Source: a virus. Taken from it: 64,000 nucleotides of DNA. The stretch is from positions 14,303 through 78,302 of IMG/VR virus record IMGVR_UViG_3300021597_000002; one strand, given 5' to 3'. The notes under the pieces are model-generated. The model had not been told where the DNA came from and searched no databases. It saw only the letters and a program-made list of their open reading frames with translations. Below, one piece after another: positions 8,799-18,252 of the stretch (the first letter of the stretch is position 1; each line of letters starts with the position of its first letter). Made by a program: the position numbers and the translations under genes.

Positions 8799-9491
8799 CT
8801 ATTTTGTTCGCCCTGCAAGTTCAGAGACTGCTTCCTCAAAAACACTACCTAACACATTGAGAGCTTGAGGAGAGATTGAGCGTGCCGCCACTTTGTCTCC
8901 TTTAGGGGATAAAATAACGACCAACCTCTCAACCGATCGATCCCATGGTCTAAGGTGTGTTTGCTGGTTATCCAGAATGAGAAACTTATACCCTTGCTGA
9001 CGAGCACTATCTACAGACGCAACACCAAGCCCAGCAAGGCATTCAAAGAGCCACGATATAAACCTAGCCGCTTCTGTTTTATGATATTCCTCTCTCAATG
9101 AAGTCATATCCAACTGGAACATTTGCAGATCATCAACAGTAAATCGAGAGTCTTGGGCTGTGTTAAAGGTCACATGAATATCGCCCTCAGAGCCTTGGTC
9201 AGACTTTCCATGCAATATTCGCTTAGCCAACTGCAGATCAGCGTATGCCGAGTAAATAGCACTATCAGGCTCTCTTGTTCCCAAATAGCTTTCTGGCACC
9301 GCCATAGCTTGAGTAACTTTGCTCATCGTAGAAGACATTGCCGCTTGAATCGTAGTACGCCCGAAAGACGGAAAATCACTGGTTCTAATGGTGATCCCGC
9401 GCTCAGCTTCTTCAGCTACTACATGTGTATATACATTTCCTTTCATGACATCACCGCCAATCACTTCAATAACTGCCAACGAGAGCCGCAA
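8799..9491 (-). CDS. Hypothetical protein
   Basis: Long ORF in operon, followed by a terminator hairpin at 8768-8793. Confidence 0.65.
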   Translation of the reverse strand: MRLSLAVIEVIGGDVMKGNVYTHVVAEEAERGITIRTSDFPSFGRTTIQAAMSSTMSKVTQAMAVPESYLGTREPDSAIYSAYADLQLAKRILHGKSDQGSEGDIHVTFNTAQDSRFTVDDLQMFQLDMTSLREEYHKTEAARFISWLFECLAGLGVASVDSARQQGYKFLILDNQQTHLRPWDRSVERLVVILSPKGDKVAARSISPQALNVLGSVFEEAVSELAGRTK

Positions 9492-9805
9492 CCCTCACAT
9501 TTTGCTCTTTTAGAGCCTGAGCGCGTTTGCTTTAACTGACCTCCACATGAGCCACAACGAACATCAGTAACTCTGCGAGCCATTGCCTCGTTGATTGCAT
9601 CTACGTTAGAACGACGCTTTACCTTCGGAAGCAAACCAAGTGCTTTCAACACCTGACGATATTCTCTCTCAATCCACTTACCATCTGGCTCATGATGAAG
9701 ACCATCGCCCATCATGTCACCAAGCTTAACTAACTGGCTGTGAAGGTGTGCCTTAGTGTCTTCGCTTAAATCTGACATCCATGCCTCCTTACAAACCAAT
9801 TTCAA
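9461..9805 (-). CDS. Small Zn-ribbon protein (likely start MSDLSED)
   Basis: CGSC...CEGC. Confidence 0.65.
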   Translation of the reverse strand: MKLVCKEAWMSDLSEDTKAHLHSQLVKLGDMMGDGLHHEPDGKWIEREYRQVLKALGLLPKVKRRSNVDAINEAMARRVTDVRCGSCGGQLKQTRSGSKRAKCEGCGSRWQLLK

Positions 9806-10379
9806 TACTTAGGTAAACATCACGCACACGCTCATCTGTGATACCGATGTATTTAAACGTCTCTGTCACGCTTGAGTGATTAAACAGCTTTTGCAATACG
9901 TTGATATCGGTACCACGCTTATATGCGTGATAACCAAAGGTCTTGCGCAGTGAGTGGGTATTTAAGCTGTAATCAAGCCCTAGACTATCTTTTACATCAA
10001 TCAGCTTGGTAGATATCCATTGACGACTAACGGGCTTAGGATCGCCCTTAACGCGATTCCCTGTAGCTTGGAATAGATAAATAGCTTCTGGATGATTGGA
10101 CTTGAGGCGTTCCACGCACTGCATAGCTGTACGATTGAGAGTAAGACGCTTGGGTTTACCAGTCTTTTTCTCTTCCAGCTCTACGTAACCAATGTCTTCA
10201 CCTTCAAGCTGCATTGTCTTGATGTCATCAAACCTCAGTTTCAGTAGGTCACTAATACGCAGCGCCACGTTACAGCCAAGCATAACTAACTCAGCTTCAC
10301 GATGGTTTCCCCACTTTTTCAAGCGGTTATAGATGGCTCTCACGTCATCCAGATCTTTAATTGGGTCAACTTGTTTCAT
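9789..10379 (-). CDS. Short tyrosine recombinase (catalytic domain only)
   Basis: LRISDLL, EKKTGK, HSLRKTFGY, FNHSS, KYIG. Confidence 0.9.
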   Translation of the reverse strand: MKQVDPIKDLDDVRAIYNRLKKWGNHREAELVMLGCNVALRISDLLKLRFDDIKTMQLEGEDIGYVELEEKKTGKPKRLTLNRTAMQCVERLKSNHPEAIYLFQATGNRVKGDPKPVSRQWISTKLIDVKDSLGLDYSLNTHSLRKTFGYHAYKRGTDINVLQKLFNHSSVTETFKYIGITDERVRDVYLSIEIGL

Positions 10380-10444
10380 TTTTATCCCTCACAGTGCAGG
10401 AAGTCGAAATTACCTGCACTTGATCATGCTTTCGGTTATTTACG

Positions 10445-10999
10445 TTACGCCGCTTGTTCTATTGCCAAACCAGACTCTGTTAAAGCTGCTTGTACCGCTT
10501 CAATAATGCGGACCATGTAGGCGTATTTGTGAGGGACTCGCGTTGGGACAGTAATTGAACCAAAGTCCAAATACTCAAACTCTTCTTCGCTTTCAAAATC
10601 AGTGCATTTATAAGTGTCATAGCTATGTTCTGGTGCGTATTCTTCCCAATCTTCAATATCGTAAAGCGCACGAGCTAAGCTAGAGCCGATAAGATTCATG
10701 CGACGGCGACCTAATATGTGCTCTCTAGCTAAGGGTAAGAAAGCGTCATAATCAGGCTCTTCACTACTTAATGCTCCGCACAGGTTAGAGATCAGGTAGC
10801 CCTCATCGCAGCTGCAGAAGAACTGCGCAATAGTTCTTCCACCCATAGCGCCCCAGAATGAAGACCAAGACTTACCGTAGCATTCAATGACAATCTTTCC
10901 TTTGCCAATTTCATAGTCTTCTAAAAAAACAGTGATTGGGTCGAGGGATTCAACCTCAGTAATGCGCAACTTAATCGCTGTGCTTTGTTCGATTTTCAT
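10445..10999 (-). CDS. Conserved hypothetical phage protein
   Basis: LDPITVFLEDY..GKGKIVIECYGKSWSSFWGAMG; RBS present. Confidence 0.7.
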   Translation of the reverse strand: MKIEQSTAIKLRITEVESLDPITVFLEDYEIGKGKIVIECYGKSWSSFWGAMGGRTIAQFFCSCDEGYLISNLCGALSSEEPDYDAFLPLAREHILGRRRMNLIGSSLARALYDIEDWEEYAPEHSYDTYKCTDFESEEEFEYLDFGSITVPTRVPHKYAYMVRIIEAVQAALTESGLAIEQAA

Positions 11000-11149
11000 G
11001 ATTTTTTCCTTTGGTCGGGGTTACAAATCTAATTGCTATAACGAGAATATAATAAGATTGTGTAAATCAATCAAGGGAAAGATAGGGAAATGTGAGAAAT
11101 GACGGGGGATTTCTTATTGCTAAAACGTGCTTTTAGCAATTAGGAAGCT

Positions 11150-11327
11150 AAAAAAATGCCCCGCATCCTTGCGAGGCTACCCTAATACCCTACTGGCAGT
11201 GCAATCTATACATTGGGATAGCAATGCTCGCTCTTGGCATGAGGTTGGGGGACGACAGCCAGTGTAAACACCACTTACCGAACCCCCGTGTGCAGCTAAG
11301 GGAAGCTACGCCATTGCAAACAATGCC
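11150..11327 (-). ncRNA. Candidate small RNA 2 (~175 nt)
   Basis: CAACA-N6-TGTTG-N24-TAAGAT promoter (11333-11378), no credible ORF, ends in the GCCTCGCA..TGCGGGGC-poly(T) terminator. Confidence 0.45.
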
Positions 11328-11383
11328 CGTTCATCTTAGTGCGGTCACTACGCAGCCAACCACAACAAAAAAATGTTGGATAT

Positions 11384-11446
11384 AAGAAAGCCCACTCACA
11401 AGAGCGGGCTTTGTCTTACACCGAGTTGAAAGAAGGAAGCTTTCAC
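11384..11446 (-). ncRNA. Candidate small RNA 1 (~60 nt) with an anti-Shine-Dalgarno-like seed
   Basis: TAACA-N6-TGTTG-N23-TACTAT promoter (11452-11496), then GCTTCCTTCTTTC, then the AAAGCCCGCTC-TTGT-GAGTGGGCTTTCTT terminator. Confidence 0.55.
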
Positions 11447-11629
11447 AAACGATAGTACGGACGCTTATGCGCTGGTACTACAACATTTTCTTGTTATCCT
11501 CGCCGCCTTACTAAGCCACACAATGGCGCAGCCATTGCCCGTAATTTAAACGATTAGGACCATTGTTCCTGTGTAGTTAGCATGAGTATTTTTTACACAG
11601 GGTTATCCCCTTAATTTGGGGATAACCGC

Positions 11630-13348
11630 TTATGCTCGCTTATAAAACTTGAAGAACTCATCCAATCGCTCGATTTCCATCAAGCCAACTTGAGCGTACT
11701 CCTCCAAGCCGTCCTCTATCCAATCACCACATGCTGACTGTATCGCAGCTCTAACCTCGGGGTAATCTTCAGCAAGACACTCAACCACACCACCGCTTTC
11801 AATTGCAGCCACTGCCTGATCTGCTGGGCTTGATTCTTCCTCTCCCAGCAATGCCATTGCGTTAGCCAGTGCACTATCAGATTGACCGTCGCTTTGCTCG
11901 CCGGCAGGAATGTAATCCACCAACCAGAAGAATGCTGTTGCGTCGAAAATATCAGGAGACTTAATGCCCTCACTACGCAGCTGCTTCTTAGAGAACAGGC
12001 GCCAACGTCCCAACTCATCAAACTCATACGGGATCTTGACGAATTGCTTCTGCAGTTTCTTCTCAAACTGTTTCGTCTCACCTTTATGCAGCTTCAAGCG
12101 ACCAGTATTCAACGCTTCCTTGACCATGACACACGCATAGTCTTTTTCTTTCGGGAATCGCTGTTTCACTGAGTTAGCATGTGGAGGTCTACCCCAGTGG
12201 ATGCGAGTAACATTCACACCAAGCTTTTCACACTCTTGAGCAGTTGTCAGACCGTACCCGTCCGCATCAATACCAACAGTGATATTGGTGTAGCCAGATG
12301 TTTCTTGATGGATAAAGCGAGCAAATTGAACCCCATCCATATCTGCAGGTGCTTCGATAGCCTTAACGACCTCTACCTGTCGCTCACTACCAAAGCCACA
12401 AACCTTACCGATCTTGAGCACTGAGCTATCTCGACCTTCACCGCCTGCAACGTCGGCAACAGCCACCCATCCCCACTCATCAACAAACTCAATAACCGCC
12501 TCAAAGCCTTTATCGACCATGCTACGGGAGATCAGGAAGCCACTTGCATCATCAGGACACACACCAAGAACACGAATGCCATACTCAGGGCTACTCACAC
12601 CCCCGTATTCGATACGTTTTTCTCGGATAAACTTGAGGTTAACAAACGGACTCATTTCACTATTAAGCGTGATAGCCGTGTACAACCCTTGCTCTGCCAA
12701 TTCCATTTGTGAATCAGCAAAGTGACCAGTTGGGCGCGTAAACTGGCTAATGAGTAGCATTTTGTTGTTGTCTTCGGTCAATGCACCACGAAGCACTTCA
12801 AACGCTCGATCGGATACACCAGACGCTTCATCGACCACCACCATGTAATCCCTACGGTGCTGACCGGCTAAGCCTTCCTCATTGCCTTTTGAACATGTTT
12901 TCCCGAAAATTTGCCATACGCCCTTGTAGCCTTTCGCATAGAAAGACTTAGCTGTAATGACGAAGTACTGCTCCAACCACGGCTGACGCTGGCAGATCTT
13001 CACCCAAAGGCGCTTAATGTATGAGAAGACAACGTTAGTTACCTGATCTAAGGAGTTTGCCGTCAACATACACAGAGATTCTGGGTGTGTAATGATGAAA
13101 TGAAGACACAAAGCTGCGGTTAGGTGAGACTTACCCGTACCGTGACCAGAAGCAACAGACACACGCGCCCCGACCGGAGTCAGGGCGTTAATGACTTCAA
13201 TTTGCTGAAACGATGGTTCCATCCCGATAATGTCGTAGATGAAAGCCAACGGTCGACTTCGGTAGCTCGCTGCAAAATCCAGATAACGAGGATCCAGCGT
13301 AATAGCGGCGTGCTTATGCTTTTTGCGGCTTCGGTTTCTAGCTGCCAT
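11630..13348 (-). CDS. pacB: Terminase large subunit (P1 PacB-like)
   Basis: VASGHGTGKS Walker A, VVDEASGV Walker B, ADVAGGEGRD and SPDIFDA nuclease motifs. Confidence 0.95.
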   Translation of the reverse strand: MAARNRSRKKHKHAAITLDPRYLDFAASYRSRPLAFIYDIIGMEPSFQQIEVINALTPVGARVSVASGHGTGKSHLTAALCLHFIITHPESLCMLTANSLDQVTNVVFSYIKRLWVKICQRQPWLEQYFVITAKSFYAKGYKGVWQIFGKTCSKGNEEGLAGQHRRDYMVVVDEASGVSDRAFEVLRGALTEDNNKMLLISQFTRPTGHFADSQMELAEQGLYTAITLNSEMSPFVNLKFIREKRIEYGGVSSPEYGIRVLGVCPDDASGFLISRSMVDKGFEAVIEFVDEWGWVAVADVAGGEGRDSSVLKIGKVCGFGSERQVEVVKAIEAPADMDGVQFARFIHQETSGYTNITVGIDADGYGLTTAQECEKLGVNVTRIHWGRPPHANSVKQRFPKEKDYACVMVKEALNTGRLKLHKGETKQFEKKLQKQFVKIPYEFDELGRWRLFSKKQLRSEGIKSPDIFDATAFFWLVDYIPAGEQSDGQSDSALANAMALLGEEESSPADQAVAAIESGGVVECLAEDYPEVRAAIQSACGDWIEDGLEEYAQVGLMEIERLDEFFKFYKRA

Positions 13349-14504
13349 GACGGTCCTCAGCGTTTAACGCTTCCAACTCAGCCATACGTGCCGCTAAAAA
13401 CTCTTCAGAGCTTTGCTGGTTGCCGAGCTGCAATTGTTTCTCGCGCTCTTCCACCAATTGAGGTGTAACTGCACCCGTTGGCAGTTCTGAATCGTCGTCA
13501 TCACCTTCACCAAGCTCAAAGCGGATCTGAGCCAGTAGGTTAGGCGGAATATCTAACCCATTCGCACTGAGCATGTGCCCAGCGGTTAAAGCATCTATCT
13601 CTTCATTAGCCAACTGATTAAAGACTGTCGACTTGATAGCCAATTGCTCGCTATACGTTAATGTGCTGCCTTGAAGCAGCTTTTGACGCAGTGACTCCAA
13701 GTTGGCAACGCGCCCCATCCAGCGGTCAATGACAGCATCCCAATCCACACGTTTCATTTTTATCGTGGTACCAAGTGGACCTATGTTGTCTTCAAAGACT
13801 TCTGCACGCATTGCAGCATGGTTGAAGTAATCCGGCTTTTGAAAGTTAGGAAGCCCTTCTTCATCAGGACCAACAACAGGTGGAGGCTCATTCGCTGCTT
13901 CTTCGGCTCTTCTTGCTTGGTCTTCAGCAATTCGCTTCTCAATGTACTCTTGCTCCCCTTTCAATCGGAAAGCTTCTGCCAACTTGGCACGAGCCAACGC
14001 TAACTCATGATCAATGCCGCCAGCTGCAGAGAATGCCGCCTCATAGGCTTCTGCCATTTCATCGGTTAGGTGTTGAGCGTACAGCCCGTGTTTACGAGCA
14101 TTCGAATTACCAGCCTGACCACCTCTATTTCGTTTTGCACCAGCCTGAGAAAACGATCGATCACTATTGCGCGCGCGCTGCCCGTCAGAGTGATCATTAT
14201 TACCATTAACCCTTTGTTTGTTATTGGTTTTACCGCCTTTTTTTGATGTGCTTTTGTTGGTATTACGATCACTTAAACGATCATTATTAAGATCGTTTTT
14301 ACGATCACTATCGTGGTCAATCGGCGCATGATCGGATACTTCAATCTTGCCTTTCCGGTATTGGGTAATCGCACGGGTAAGAGATCCGAGCGGAACCCCT
14401 TCATCTTCTGCGAAGTCTTTATTTTTGTACTTAGGGTCATCCTTCTGGCGCTGAAACAACAGCGCCAGTAGACTCGACCAATCGTAGGTGGGCTTTCTAG
14501 CCAT
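13338..14504 (-). CDS. pacA: Terminase small subunit (P1 PacA-like)
   Basis: N-terminal HTH, GNSNARKHGLYA motif, overlaps pacB, internal GATC cluster. Confidence 0.9.
   Translation of the reverse strand: MARKPTYDWSSLLALLFQRQKDDPKYKNKDFAEDEGVPLGSLTRAITQYRKGKIEVSDHAPIDHDSDRKNDLNNDRLSDRNTNKSTSKKGGKTNNKQRVNGNNDHSDGQRARNSDRSFSQAGAKRNRGGQAGNSNARKHGLYAQHLTDEMAEAYEAAFSAAGGIDHELALARAKLAEAFRLKGEQEYIEKRIAEDQARRAEEAANEPPPVVGPDEEGLPNFQKPDYFNHAAMRAEVFEDNIGPLGTTIKMKRVDWDAVIDRWMGRVANLESLRQKLLQGSTLTYSEQLAIKSTVFNQLANEEIDALTAGHMLSANGLDIPPNLLAQIRFELGEGDDDDSELPTGAVTPQLVEEREKQLQLGNQQSSEEFLAARMAELEALNAEDRHGS
14155..14333. other. Putative pac (packaging initiation) site inside pacA
   Basis: GATC at 14155, 14159, 14192 and at 14267, 14279, 14291, 14303, 14330, flanking an AT-rich spacer; same architecture as the Dam-methylated P1 pac site. 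Confidence 0.75.
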
Positions 14505-14516
14505 AGCTAACCTCTA

Positions 14517-14948
14517 CTACTGTGCTGCCGCTGCTTCAGCAATACAGTGATCGCACTTTGCTAGTAATTCATTTTCTTGAAGTAACCTCTTGTTTATCTC
14601 CTCCAATTTCCCTAATCGCTGAGACATTTCAGTAACTTGGTTTTCCAACTTACTGCGCTCTCGCTCCCATTCTCTGCGCTCACTTTCCAACTGCTTTGAA
14701 TACAGGTCCTCAATAGCCTTAACACGTCTATCAAGGTCTTCCTGCAACTGCTTCATAACCTTTTGCTGTAACTCCACAACAGACGTAGCCCCTTGAATCA
14801 TGACCTCATCAGCCCGTTTCTCTTCGGTGGCGGCTTTGGCTTCATCAAGCGGCTTTTCCTGCCGTTTCTTCATAAAGTCCCAAAAACCAGCCCCAAGAAC
14901 GGCAGTGATCACGGGCACTAGGTAGTCTTTAAGTTCAGTCAACGCCAT
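14517..14948 (-). CDS. Single-TM coiled-coil protein of the lysis cassette (holin/antiholin-like)
   Basis: N-terminal hydrophobic helix followed by a long coiled coil; position between spanins and pacA. Confidence 0.55.
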   Translation of the reverse strand: MALTELKDYLVPVITAVLGAGFWDFMKKRQEKPLDEAKAATEEKRADEVMIQGATSVVELQQKVMKQLQEDLDRRVKAIEDLYSKQLESERREWERERSKLENQVTEMSQRLGKLEEINKRLLQENELLAKCDHCIAEAAAAQ

Positions 14949-15243
14949 CCTGTGAACCCTCGTCCTCTACCCATTCACGAAGCGACTGTTTATCAACGTT
15001 ACAGGCTTTAATGACAGCTTCACGTTCAGCACTTTGAACGATGGCATCTTTAAAGCTTTCTCCCTTCAGCTGGGCATCAGGGCAGTCTTTCAGCCACTCT
15101 GGCGGTGGATATTGTTTCTCTACAACGGTTTTAATGACCGTCACTGTCTTTGGCGGTACCGCCGAGCAACCGGATAACGCTGTCAGGCATCCGAGTACGC
15201 AAACACGCAGACTCTTCCCCCTCATTGGCACTCTCCTCCTCAA
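14935..15243 (-). CDS. o-spanin (Rz1-like lipoprotein)
   Basis: Lipobox ALSGC, Pro-rich PPPEWLKDC, CNVDK; overlaps the i-spanin in another frame. Confidence 0.85.
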   Translation of the reverse strand: MRRRVPMRGKSLRVCVLGCLTALSGCSAVPPKTVTVIKTVVEKQYPPPEWLKDCPDAQLKGESFKDAIVQSAEREAVIKACNVDKQSLREWVEDEGSQDGVD

Positions 15244-15529
15244 GTTGAGCGAGTTTCCGTCCTAACTCGCTGTTACTCTTAGAAAGTTCACGCTCACGCT
15301 CTGCAGAAATCTTCCGCTCAAGGTCTCGCGCTTGCTTCATCTGAGTGATTTGCTCGTTGGACTGTTGCAATTCCTGCTTAAACTGGGCGTTAGTCTGCGC
15401 CAGCTTGGCATTCTCTTGCGTTTTGGCTTCTATCGTGGTCTCTAAGCCATTGATGGTGATGTACTGGACGCCTACGACGCCCAGTAACAAAGCCCCAATG
15501 AGACCACCTGCGGCATACACAGGGTTCAT
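15131..15529 (-). CDS. i-spanin (Rz-like)
   Basis: N-terminal TM, coiled coil, CLRTRMPDSVIRLL C-terminus. Confidence 0.85.
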   Translation of the reverse strand: MNPVYAAGGLIGALLLGVVGVQYITINGLETTIEAKTQENAKLAQTNAQFKQELQQSNEQITQMKQARDLERKISAERERELSKSNSELGRKLAQLEEESANEGEESACLRTRMPDSVIRLLGGTAKDSDGH

Positions 15530-16134
15530 TTGAGCATCCTCATCTGCATCCAATACCGCCAGATACGCTCAACATAGGTCTTTGTCTCTTTCGAGTGATG
15601 CCCTGTTACCTGCGGAAGACACCGGATAATGTCTTTGTAAGGAGCGGGATTACCACAAAGCTTTTGAGCCTTGAGGATCCAGCCACACCCTGCGTTGTAA
15701 CAAGCCCATGCGAGCGATAAGCGGTCCGACATTGGACGGGGGGACTGCCATACATTCAACCTGCCTGCCATGTAGTAAGCAGCGGCTTCAATGTTGTGCT
15801 CTGGGCTATGCACCGACACACCATTAAAACCAAGCTGCCCCGACACCTCAGCCCATGTTGCAGGCATAAACTGCCCCAATCCTGCCGCCCCGACATAACT
15901 GACAGCCTGCGGATCAAGAAGGCTCTCCTGATACAGTTGAGCCTTTAAAATCTCCATCCCATAGACCGCCTCATAAGCAGGAAGCCAGCGTTTAGCTGAC
16001 TTCTTGATCTGAGCGTCATATTTGTCAGGAAAGGACGCTGCCAAGGAGGAAACAGGTACTACCGAACATAACGCACTGGTAAATAGCAACAGAGCGGAAA
16101 TCACCCTTTTCTTTAGCTTGCGCAATCCAGTCAT
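15526..16134 (-). CDS. Endolysin, SLT lytic transglycosylase with an N-terminal signal/SAR segment
   Basis: QES catalytic motif, GLGQFMPATW, YNAG, ETKTYV. Confidence 0.9.
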   Translation of the reverse strand: MTGLRKLKKRVISALLLFTSALCSVVPVSSLAASFPDKYDAQIKKSAKRWLPAYEAVYGMEILKAQLYQESLLDPQAVSYVGAAGLGQFMPATWAEVSGQLGFNGVSVHSPEHNIEAAAYYMAGRLNVWQSPRPMSDRLSLAWACYNAGCGWILKAQKLCGNPAPYKDIIRCLPQVTGHHSKETKTYVERIWRYWMQMRMLK

Positions 16135-16273
16135 TTTTCACCCCGTCATCACCAAAAATAACCTTGCGCATCATGGTCATAACAACCAAAGCAAGGCACA
16201 AAAACACCAACTTCATACCGATACCAGTCAGAGCAGTAGCGCCCATCGTGAATAGATTGATTGATTCAGGCAT
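16025..16273 (-). CDS. Putative holin (2 TM)
   Basis: 82 aa, two hydrophobic helices, GGAGGG RBS, first gene after the late promoter at 16320-16364. Confidence 0.65.
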   Translation of the reverse strand: MPESINLFTMGATALTGIGMKLVFLCLALVVMTMMRKVIFGDDGVKNDWIAQAKEKGDFRSVAIYQCVMFGSTCFLLGSVLS

Positions 16274-16587
16274 AAGCCCTCCGATTTATTAACAAAAAGA
16301 CAGCGTTAGCTGAGCCTGTAGTTTGTTTCGACGGGGGATTTATCGCATCAACACGTTTTTATTGACCTGCGGCGGACTAGAGCGTGAATCCTCCTACACA
16401 ACAGATTCACTCAGGCTATGCAAAGCCACGCCACGTAAGGGTTTGAGGAAATAAGAAGCAAAACAGAGATTACGCGCCAGTCTCATTTTTTATCTGGCTT
16501 TTCTGGTGAAATTTAGGCATAAAAAAACCAGCTTAATGCTGGCTTGGTGTAATATGCGCTGCGTTTATATAAGACTAGGAGGAACCA

Positions 16588-16895
16588 TGACGATAGGCGC
16601 CGCTCTCTATGAACTAGATTCTGAACTACGTTTAGCCTTTATTAGAATAGAAGAATCTGAGACACCACAGGACATGGAGGCTCTCTTTGTATCTATGTGT
16701 CACACTGTCACAAGTGCCAATCAAATTATCATTGAAGCCGAAGCCTATAATCTACTTGATACATTTTATGGGTGTGCGAATCCTAGCTACCATCCACTAA
16801 TAGAGCAGCTTTACCTAGAATATTTTTCAGAACTGAACTCAGAAGCAATAGATCAAGCCTATTTAAAATCTGAATTCAATTCTTTATTAATATAA
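16588..16895 (+). CDS. Acidic hypothetical protein, stand-alone (moron-like)
   Basis: AGGAGG RBS before ATG at 16588; opposite strand to its neighbours; AT-rich. Confidence 0.7.
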
Positions 16896-16918
16896 ATCAG
16901 TCATTTAGTGAGCAACTA

Positions 16919-17149
16919 TTAGCCAACTACCTTTAGGACTACAAACCCGTCACATAAAAGCTCGATTATCCTTTGATGGTATAGCTCCGTTGGCTTGCTT
17001 ACTTCCCAAATTCTTTCATATTCAGGCAGAACTTGTTTTCGATTTATTTTTAACTCTTCAAACTCAAGGCTTCCCTCAGAGTTTCTATGTTTCTTTACGC
17101 AAATAAGAACCGCTTCACGCCACTGAGAGCTATTTTTTTTACACATCAA
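16919..17149 (-). CDS. Hypothetical protein
   Basis: End of the leftward early operon. Confidence 0.5.
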   Translation of the reverse strand: MMCKKNSSQWREAVLICVKKHRNSEGSLEFEELKINRKQVLPEYERIWEVSKPTELYHQRIIELLCDGFVVLKVVG

Positions 17150-17155
17150 GTCCCC

Positions 17156-17482
17156 TTATTTATGCTGATTTTTCAGATATTCTACATTCGCTTCTCTAGC
17201 TGCAATCATGCTGGTAAATGTCAAAACACTGATATGGTCATTATCATCAAGCGCCTTTCGTCGGTAAGAATACAGCTCGTCGATAGAGCAAACCTCTTCA
17301 TTCCACCAGCCATACCGCCCTTTTTGACGGTACTGGTTGAGTTTTTCTGCCATCTGGGCTTGAGCGCCTATTAGCAGCTGAGCATCAGCAAACTCTTCAT
17401 GCATCGCCTGAGTAACAACACTACTTGAACGAAAATCAGGACGTGTAACCAGCTTCATTATTTCTGCAAAGAAGTTTCTCAT
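17156..17482 (-). CDS. Hypothetical phage protein
   Basis: ATGA overlap; MAEKLNQYRQKGRYGW motif. Confidence 0.7.
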   Translation of the reverse strand: MRNFFAEIMKLVTRPDFRSSSVVTQAMHEEFADAQLLIGAQAQMAEKLNQYRQKGRYGWWNEEVCSIDELYSYRRKALDDNDHISVLTFTSMIAAREANVEYLKNQHK

Positions 17483-18252
17483 GCTGCACTCTCCTGTTGT
17501 TTTAGCTCTTCAACAACCAATGATATGTTCTTGTTGATGACCTCGAACTCTATTACCCAAACATACGGGTTAGCATCCCAATCGCTATAAATGCCATTCC
17601 ATAGATTTTTGAACCACGTAACCGGCTTTTGGTACCAACTCAAGCCAGATTCAACAGCCATACGCTGACATTCTTCATCAGTTGGCATCCCCTCAAGAAC
17701 AGCTTGTGCTTCAGTAATATCCTGAACCTGTTCAATACGGACATCCGTTACCTTTAATGTGATTCTACTTGCTGCTTTTGGCATGTGAATTGACGGGTGC
17801 CATGCTGATATTTCTTCTTCAAAATCATCACACCAGCGCATTTCACCATCAGCACGATAAATTACGTTCCCTGTGTAATAGCCCTTGCCGTACTTCAGCT
17901 CTCTTACTGGTAAAGCTGGTCTATCTGGCGTCCATTCAACCATATTGCCGTCTTCATCAAATGAGTGATTCACAACGCCCCACGTTTCACGAACCCAAAC
18001 TAGATCACCAACAAAGCAGGGAGCAGTAACAAGATCTGACTGAGGGAAATCAGCCCCTACCCCTCGACGTATTAACGCGCCCCACTTGCCCTTTTTAGGA
18101 TGAGAACTGGTGATTTTTGATGGTTTGCGGTCATGAAGCTCCCAGCCATCAGGGATAACTAAGGGACGACGAGTAACTAACTTTCGCCCGTCCAACAACG
18201 CATTAACCATATCGGCAGTAAATGGAAGGTATGTTTCTTTCATAGTTAACAA
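17479..18252 (-). CDS. ASCH/PUA-like phage protein
   Basis: MVNALLDGRKLVTRR, WVRETW, WHPSIHMPKAASRITL, NPYVWVIEF. Confidence 0.75.
   Translation of the reverse strand: MLTMKETYLPFTADMVNALLDGRKLVTRRPLVIPDGWELHDRKPSKITSSHPKKGKWGALIRRGVGADFPQSDLVTAPCFVGDLVWVRETWGVVNHSFDEDGNMVEWTPDRPALPVRELKYGKGYYTGNVIYRADGEMRWCDDFEEEISAWHPSIHMPKAASRITLKVTDVRIEQVQDITEAQAVLEGMPTDEECQRMAVESGLSWYQKPVTWFKNLWNGIYSDWDANPYVWVIEFEVINKNISLVVEELKQQESAA

Noticed and set aside
11101-11112. 12-mer GACGGGGGATTT shared with 16330-16341
   Set aside because: Only two copies, no symmetry and no consistent promoter geometry; may be chance
11000-11630. tRNA gene or retron msr-msd in the non-coding gap
   Set aside because: No cloverleaf or T-loop consensus found, and no reverse transcriptase in the window
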